A model generated the notes under the pieces. That model was not told the DNA's origin. It did not search any database and saw nothing but the letters and a program-made list of their open reading frames with translations. A stretch of 32,221 bases of DNA from Gammaproteobacteria bacterium (GTDB lineage: Bacteria > Pseudomonadota > Gammaproteobacteria > UBA9214), in assembly GCA_049668345.1 (NCBI GenBank), contig JBATJF010000172.1, forward strand, positions 1 to 32,221. Reading direction: 5' to 3'. A program made the position numbers and the translations under genes. This document shows positions 29,259 to 32,221 of this stretch, one piece after another. Numbering within the stretch: position 1 is the first letter of the stretch; every line of letters starts with the position of its first letter.

Positions 29259-30007
29259 GTCGAATCCTTGCGCCGGGTCGTCGGCTGGCGCGGTGCATCA
29301 ACGAGGGCCTGGGCGCTGACCGGCTGCCGGTCGAAGCGCCGTTCGCCGATGGGAACCCTGAACCCGACGCGCTTGTGCAGGATCACCCCCACGGGGCATA
29401 CCTCCATGGCCTTGTCGGTGACGGCGATATCGGTGTCGGCCAGCCGCCCGGATTCGGCATTGACAATCAGATGCTTGGTAATACCGCGGCCCGACAGGGC
29501 GAACACGCACTTGTGGTCGACCTCTCTCGAGGCGCGCACGCAGAGTTCGCACAGGATGCAGCGGTTGAATTCGAGCAGGATATCGGGATGCGAGGCATCG
29601 ACCGGCCGGTTCGGAAACAGGTAGTCGAACTCGGTCGACATGATGTCCAGATCGTAGGCCACCGCCTGCAACAGGCAGTTGCCGCTCGCCTCGCAGGACG
29701 GGCAGAAGTGGTTACCCTCGATAAACAGCATCTGTACCACTGTCTGGTGTTCCTTTTTGAGTCGCTCGGTCTGGCTCGCCACTTCCATGCCGGCCTGTGC
29801 CCGCAGGGTGCAGGACGCCGTGGTCCGGCCGTTCACCTCCACCGTGCAGACCTTGCAGCTGCCGTGCGGCTTGAACTCGGGGTGATAACAGAGGTGCGGG
29901 ATGTAATGGCCGGCGGCGAGCGCGGCCTGGATCACCGTCTGCCCGGGTTCGAACGACACCTCATCCCCGTCGAGCAGAAACGTCGCGGTATTCGCTTCGG
30001 CATTCAT
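29255..30007 (-). CDS. hoxU: Hydrogenase diaphorase Fe-S subunit (NuoG-N-terminal-like)
   Basis: 2Fe-2S motif (CYHPEFKPHGSCKVCTVEV), HFCPSCEASGNC, and ferredoxin-like CILCELCVRA...CPVG. 4-nt overlap with hoxF. Confidence 0.85.
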   Translation of the reverse strand: MNAEANTATFLLDGDEVSFEPGQTVIQAALAAGHYIPHLCYHPEFKPHGSCKVCTVEVNGRTTASCTLRAQAGMEVASQTERLKKEHQTVVQMLFIEGNHFCPSCEASGNCLLQAVAYDLDIMSTEFDYLFPNRPVDASHPDILLEFNRCILCELCVRASREVDHKCVFALSGRGITKHLIVNAESGRLADTDIAVTDKAMEVCPVGVILHKRVGFRVPIGERRFDRQPVSAQALVDAPRQPTTRRKDST

Positions 30008-31788
30008 TCATCGGCCCCCAGGTGTGCGCCGGCGTCGGTCCGGCCGGTCATCGCACGGGCCCGTTCCAGTGCCCCGTCCAGGTCGAAGGCGGGCTCGAAT
30101 TCGAGCGACTCCAGGTGGCGCTCGTAGGCCGGGCGAAAGCGCTTGATGGTGTCAAGAAGCGGATTGCAGGCCGTGTGGCCGAGCCCGCAGTGACTCGCGG
30201 ACTGCAACAGCCGGCTGAGCCGGAAGATCTGGTTGAGATCATACAGGGAGCCCTTGCCTCCCTGCAGCTTGTCCATCACGTTGCACAGCAGCGTGGTACC
30301 GACCCGGCAGGGTGTGCAGAAGCCGCAACTCTCGTGCGCGAAGAAATGCGTGAAATTGCGCGCCACCTCGAACATGTCGCGCGTTTCGTCGAACACCATG
30401 AAGGCGCCGGCGGTCGGCAGGTCTTCGAAGGCGATGTGCCGCTCGAACTCGGTTGCGTCGATGCAGGTTCCCGAGGGGCCGCTGACCTGAACCGCCAGGG
30501 TGCGTTCAGCCCCGCAGTCCTCCAGCACCTGGCGCACCGTCACGCCGAACGGATACTCGTAAATGCCGGGGCGTGCGCAGTCACCGGATACCGACAGGAT
30601 CTTGCTGCCCGTGGACTTGCCGGTACCGATGCTGCCATACCATTCGCTGCCGTGCAGCGCGATCAGTGCCGCCGCGCAGAAGGTTTCGACATTATTCACC
30701 GTGGTCGGCTGCTGCAGGTAGCCGTGGGTGACCGGGTAGGGCGGACGGTTGCGCGGAATGCCCCGCTTGCCTTCCAGCGATTCGATGAGCGAAGACTCTT
30801 CACCGCAGATATAGGCGCCGGCACCGAGGTGAATTTCGATATCGAAGCAGAACCCCGCCTGACCGCAGATGTCAGCGCCCAGCAGGCCGTCGGCGCGCCG
30901 GCGCGCCAGCACCTCCTGCAAGGGCGGGAGCAGATGCCGGTATTCCCCGCGCAGGTACAGGAAGCCCTGGCGTGCACCGATCACGCGAGCACAAACGGTC
31001 ATGCCCTCGAACATCAGGTCTGCGTGGCGCGTCAGCAGCACCCGGTCCTTGAAGGTCCCCGGCTCACCCTCGTCCGCATTGCAGACGACGTAGTGACTGT
31101 CACCCGCAGCGTTCCGGCAGGATTGCCACTTGAGCCCGGTGGCGAAGCCCGCACCGCCCCGGCCACGCAGGTTGGAACGTTGTATCGCCTCCAGCGTCGC
31201 CAGCGGTCCCCGGGTGATCGCGCTGCGGATGGCTGTACCCGGTTCGAACGAGGCGTCGAGCAGGATGTCCCTGCGGTGAATGTTGTCCTCGATCAGGAAC
31301 AGCCCGGCCGGCCAGTCCTCGACCGGCGTGCGCGAGCGTATCAGCTCGGCAATCTCGTCGACACGTGCCGTGGTGAGTTGCGGGATGGCCCAGCCGTTCA
31401 CCAGCATGGCAGGGCCCTGGTCGCACATGCCGGTGCAGGACGTGGTATCCACGCTCACCAGGCCATCCTCGGATGTCTTGCCGCGTTCCAGCCAGAGACT
31501 GTTGCACAGGTGTTCCAGCAAAGCCAGGTTGCCGGCCATGCGGTCGGTGATGTTGTCGGAGAACAGCACCCGGTAGCTGCCGGCAGGCTCGAGGTGCAGG
31601 AAACTGTAGAAACCGGCCACGCCTTCGACACGGCCGCGTGGCAGCTTGAGCAATCGCGCCAGGCAGGTCAGGGTGGCCGGCGGCAGCCAGCCCTCGATCT
31701 CCTCGGCCTCCCGCAGGATCTGCAGCAGTGCGGTCTGCTCGCCGCCGTAGCGGTCAACAATAGTTTCCAGTTCGGTCTGTGCTTCCAT
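30004..31788 (-). CDS. hoxF: Hydrogenase diaphorase NAD(H)/FMN subunit (fused NuoE-like + NuoF-like)
   Basis: 594 aa. The N-terminal NuoE-like domain retains only the second Cys pair (SCTGMCDQGP). The NuoF part has GRGGAGFATGLKW (FMN), CNADEGEPGTFKDR (NADH) and ESCGFCTPCR (4Fe-4S). Confidence 0.9.
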   Translation of the reverse strand: MEAQTELETIVDRYGGEQTALLQILREAEEIEGWLPPATLTCLARLLKLPRGRVEGVAGFYSFLHLEPAGSYRVLFSDNITDRMAGNLALLEHLCNSLWLERGKTSEDGLVSVDTTSCTGMCDQGPAMLVNGWAIPQLTTARVDEIAELIRSRTPVEDWPAGLFLIEDNIHRRDILLDASFEPGTAIRSAITRGPLATLEAIQRSNLRGRGGAGFATGLKWQSCRNAAGDSHYVVCNADEGEPGTFKDRVLLTRHADLMFEGMTVCARVIGARQGFLYLRGEYRHLLPPLQEVLARRRADGLLGADICGQAGFCFDIEIHLGAGAYICGEESSLIESLEGKRGIPRNRPPYPVTHGYLQQPTTVNNVETFCAAALIALHGSEWYGSIGTGKSTGSKILSVSGDCARPGIYEYPFGVTVRQVLEDCGAERTLAVQVSGPSGTCIDATEFERHIAFEDLPTAGAFMVFDETRDMFEVARNFTHFFAHESCGFCTPCRVGTTLLCNVMDKLQGGKGSLYDLNQIFRLSRLLQSASHCGLGHTACNPLLDTIKRFRPAYERHLESLEFEPAFDLDGALERARAMTGRTDAGAHLGADE

Positions 31789-32082
31789 CAGTCGTATACC
31801 ACCGGGTTATGGAGGGGCGCGGTATGGCGGGCTGGAAAAACGCCGGCCAACAAGCGTCAGGCGGCCGCCTGTCAACCTCAGTATACGGCATCAGTTGCAC
31901 GTCATGCGGGCCGTTGTGAGCAGGGTATCATTATGGCAGCCAGTGATATGCCGCGCATTGCCGGGCAAGTCGAAGGTCACCCTGCAGTCTGGTATTGCCT
32001 TGAGGAGCCGCTTTTTCATCTTGCATGACCTCCTGCACATAGCGTGCGGGTCGCCGGGATGCGAGCGGCGGCAGGCAGGCGT

Positions 32083-32221
32083 CTACTCGCGACCCATGTC
32101 GCTCGAAACGCCGCCTGCTGCCGGCAGATAGCAATTGACAACATAATCCTTGACCATGCGGTCGGCATTGAAGCGCCAGCCCAGGGTGCGGATGGAGCGT
32201 TTCATGCGCGCGATCCAGGCA
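32083..32221 (-). CDS. C-terminal tail of a probable alpha-glucan (glycogen/maltodextrin) phosphorylase; 5' part lies beyond the window
   Basis: The minus-strand frame is open from the window edge: AWIARMKRSIRTLGWRFNADRMVKDYVVNCYLPAAGGVSSDMGRE*, with stop TAG at 32085..32083. The pattern M+.S......F...RMV+.Y....Y.PA resembles the tails of that family as I recall them. Only 45 codons are visible. Confidence 0.4.
   Translation of the reverse strand, partial: AWIARMKRSIRTLGWRFNADRMVKDYVVNCYLPAAGGVSSDMGRE

Noticed and set aside
28356-32028. Plus-strand ORFs antisense to the hox operon (28356..29216, 29213..30127, 30022..32028; the last is 668 aa)
   Set aside because: They are shadow ORFs. The Hox proteins on the minus strand carry all diagnostic cofactor motifs.

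Overview
GC-rich (roughly 63-66% by eye) chromosomal segment of a proteobacterium; the gene content looks gammaproteobacterial. I support 20 CDS. I see no rRNA, tRNA, CRISPR array, transposase, integrase or phage genes. LEFT HALF (1.4-15.7 kb): a dense, duplicated set of orphan peptide-ligase/peptidase genes. (a) A ~9-kb tightly packed minus-strand operon encodes a transglutaminase-like protein, a large transglutaminase+DUF2126 protein, a fused circularly permuted ATP-grasp+alpha-E protein, a second transglutaminase-like protein and a Zn-ribbon metallopeptidase. (b) A convergent stand-alone DUF2126 paralog lacks the transglutaminase domain. (c) A divergently transcribed split ATP-grasp + alpha-E pair is preceded by a full-consensus sigma-54 promoter and runs straight into gltB. 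This operon family is widely conserved but biochemically uncharacterised, and it is my candidate for the undescribed system. Its apparent nitrogen-type (RpoN) wiring and GOGAT linkage add to the interest. RIGHT HALF: central C/N/energy metabolism. In order: gltB, a 101-108 bp tandem repeat array, a cytochrome-c lipoprotein, a low-GC element bounded by inverted repeats, class I FBP aldolase fbaB, REP-like elements, gltD (convergent with gltB and 2.7 kb from it), pckA, and a Ralstonia-type NAD-reducing soluble [NiFe] hydrogenase operon hoxFUYHW. The last 139 nt look like the tail of an alpha-glucan phosphorylase. Most long ORFs antisense to these genes are GC-driven shadow ORFs.
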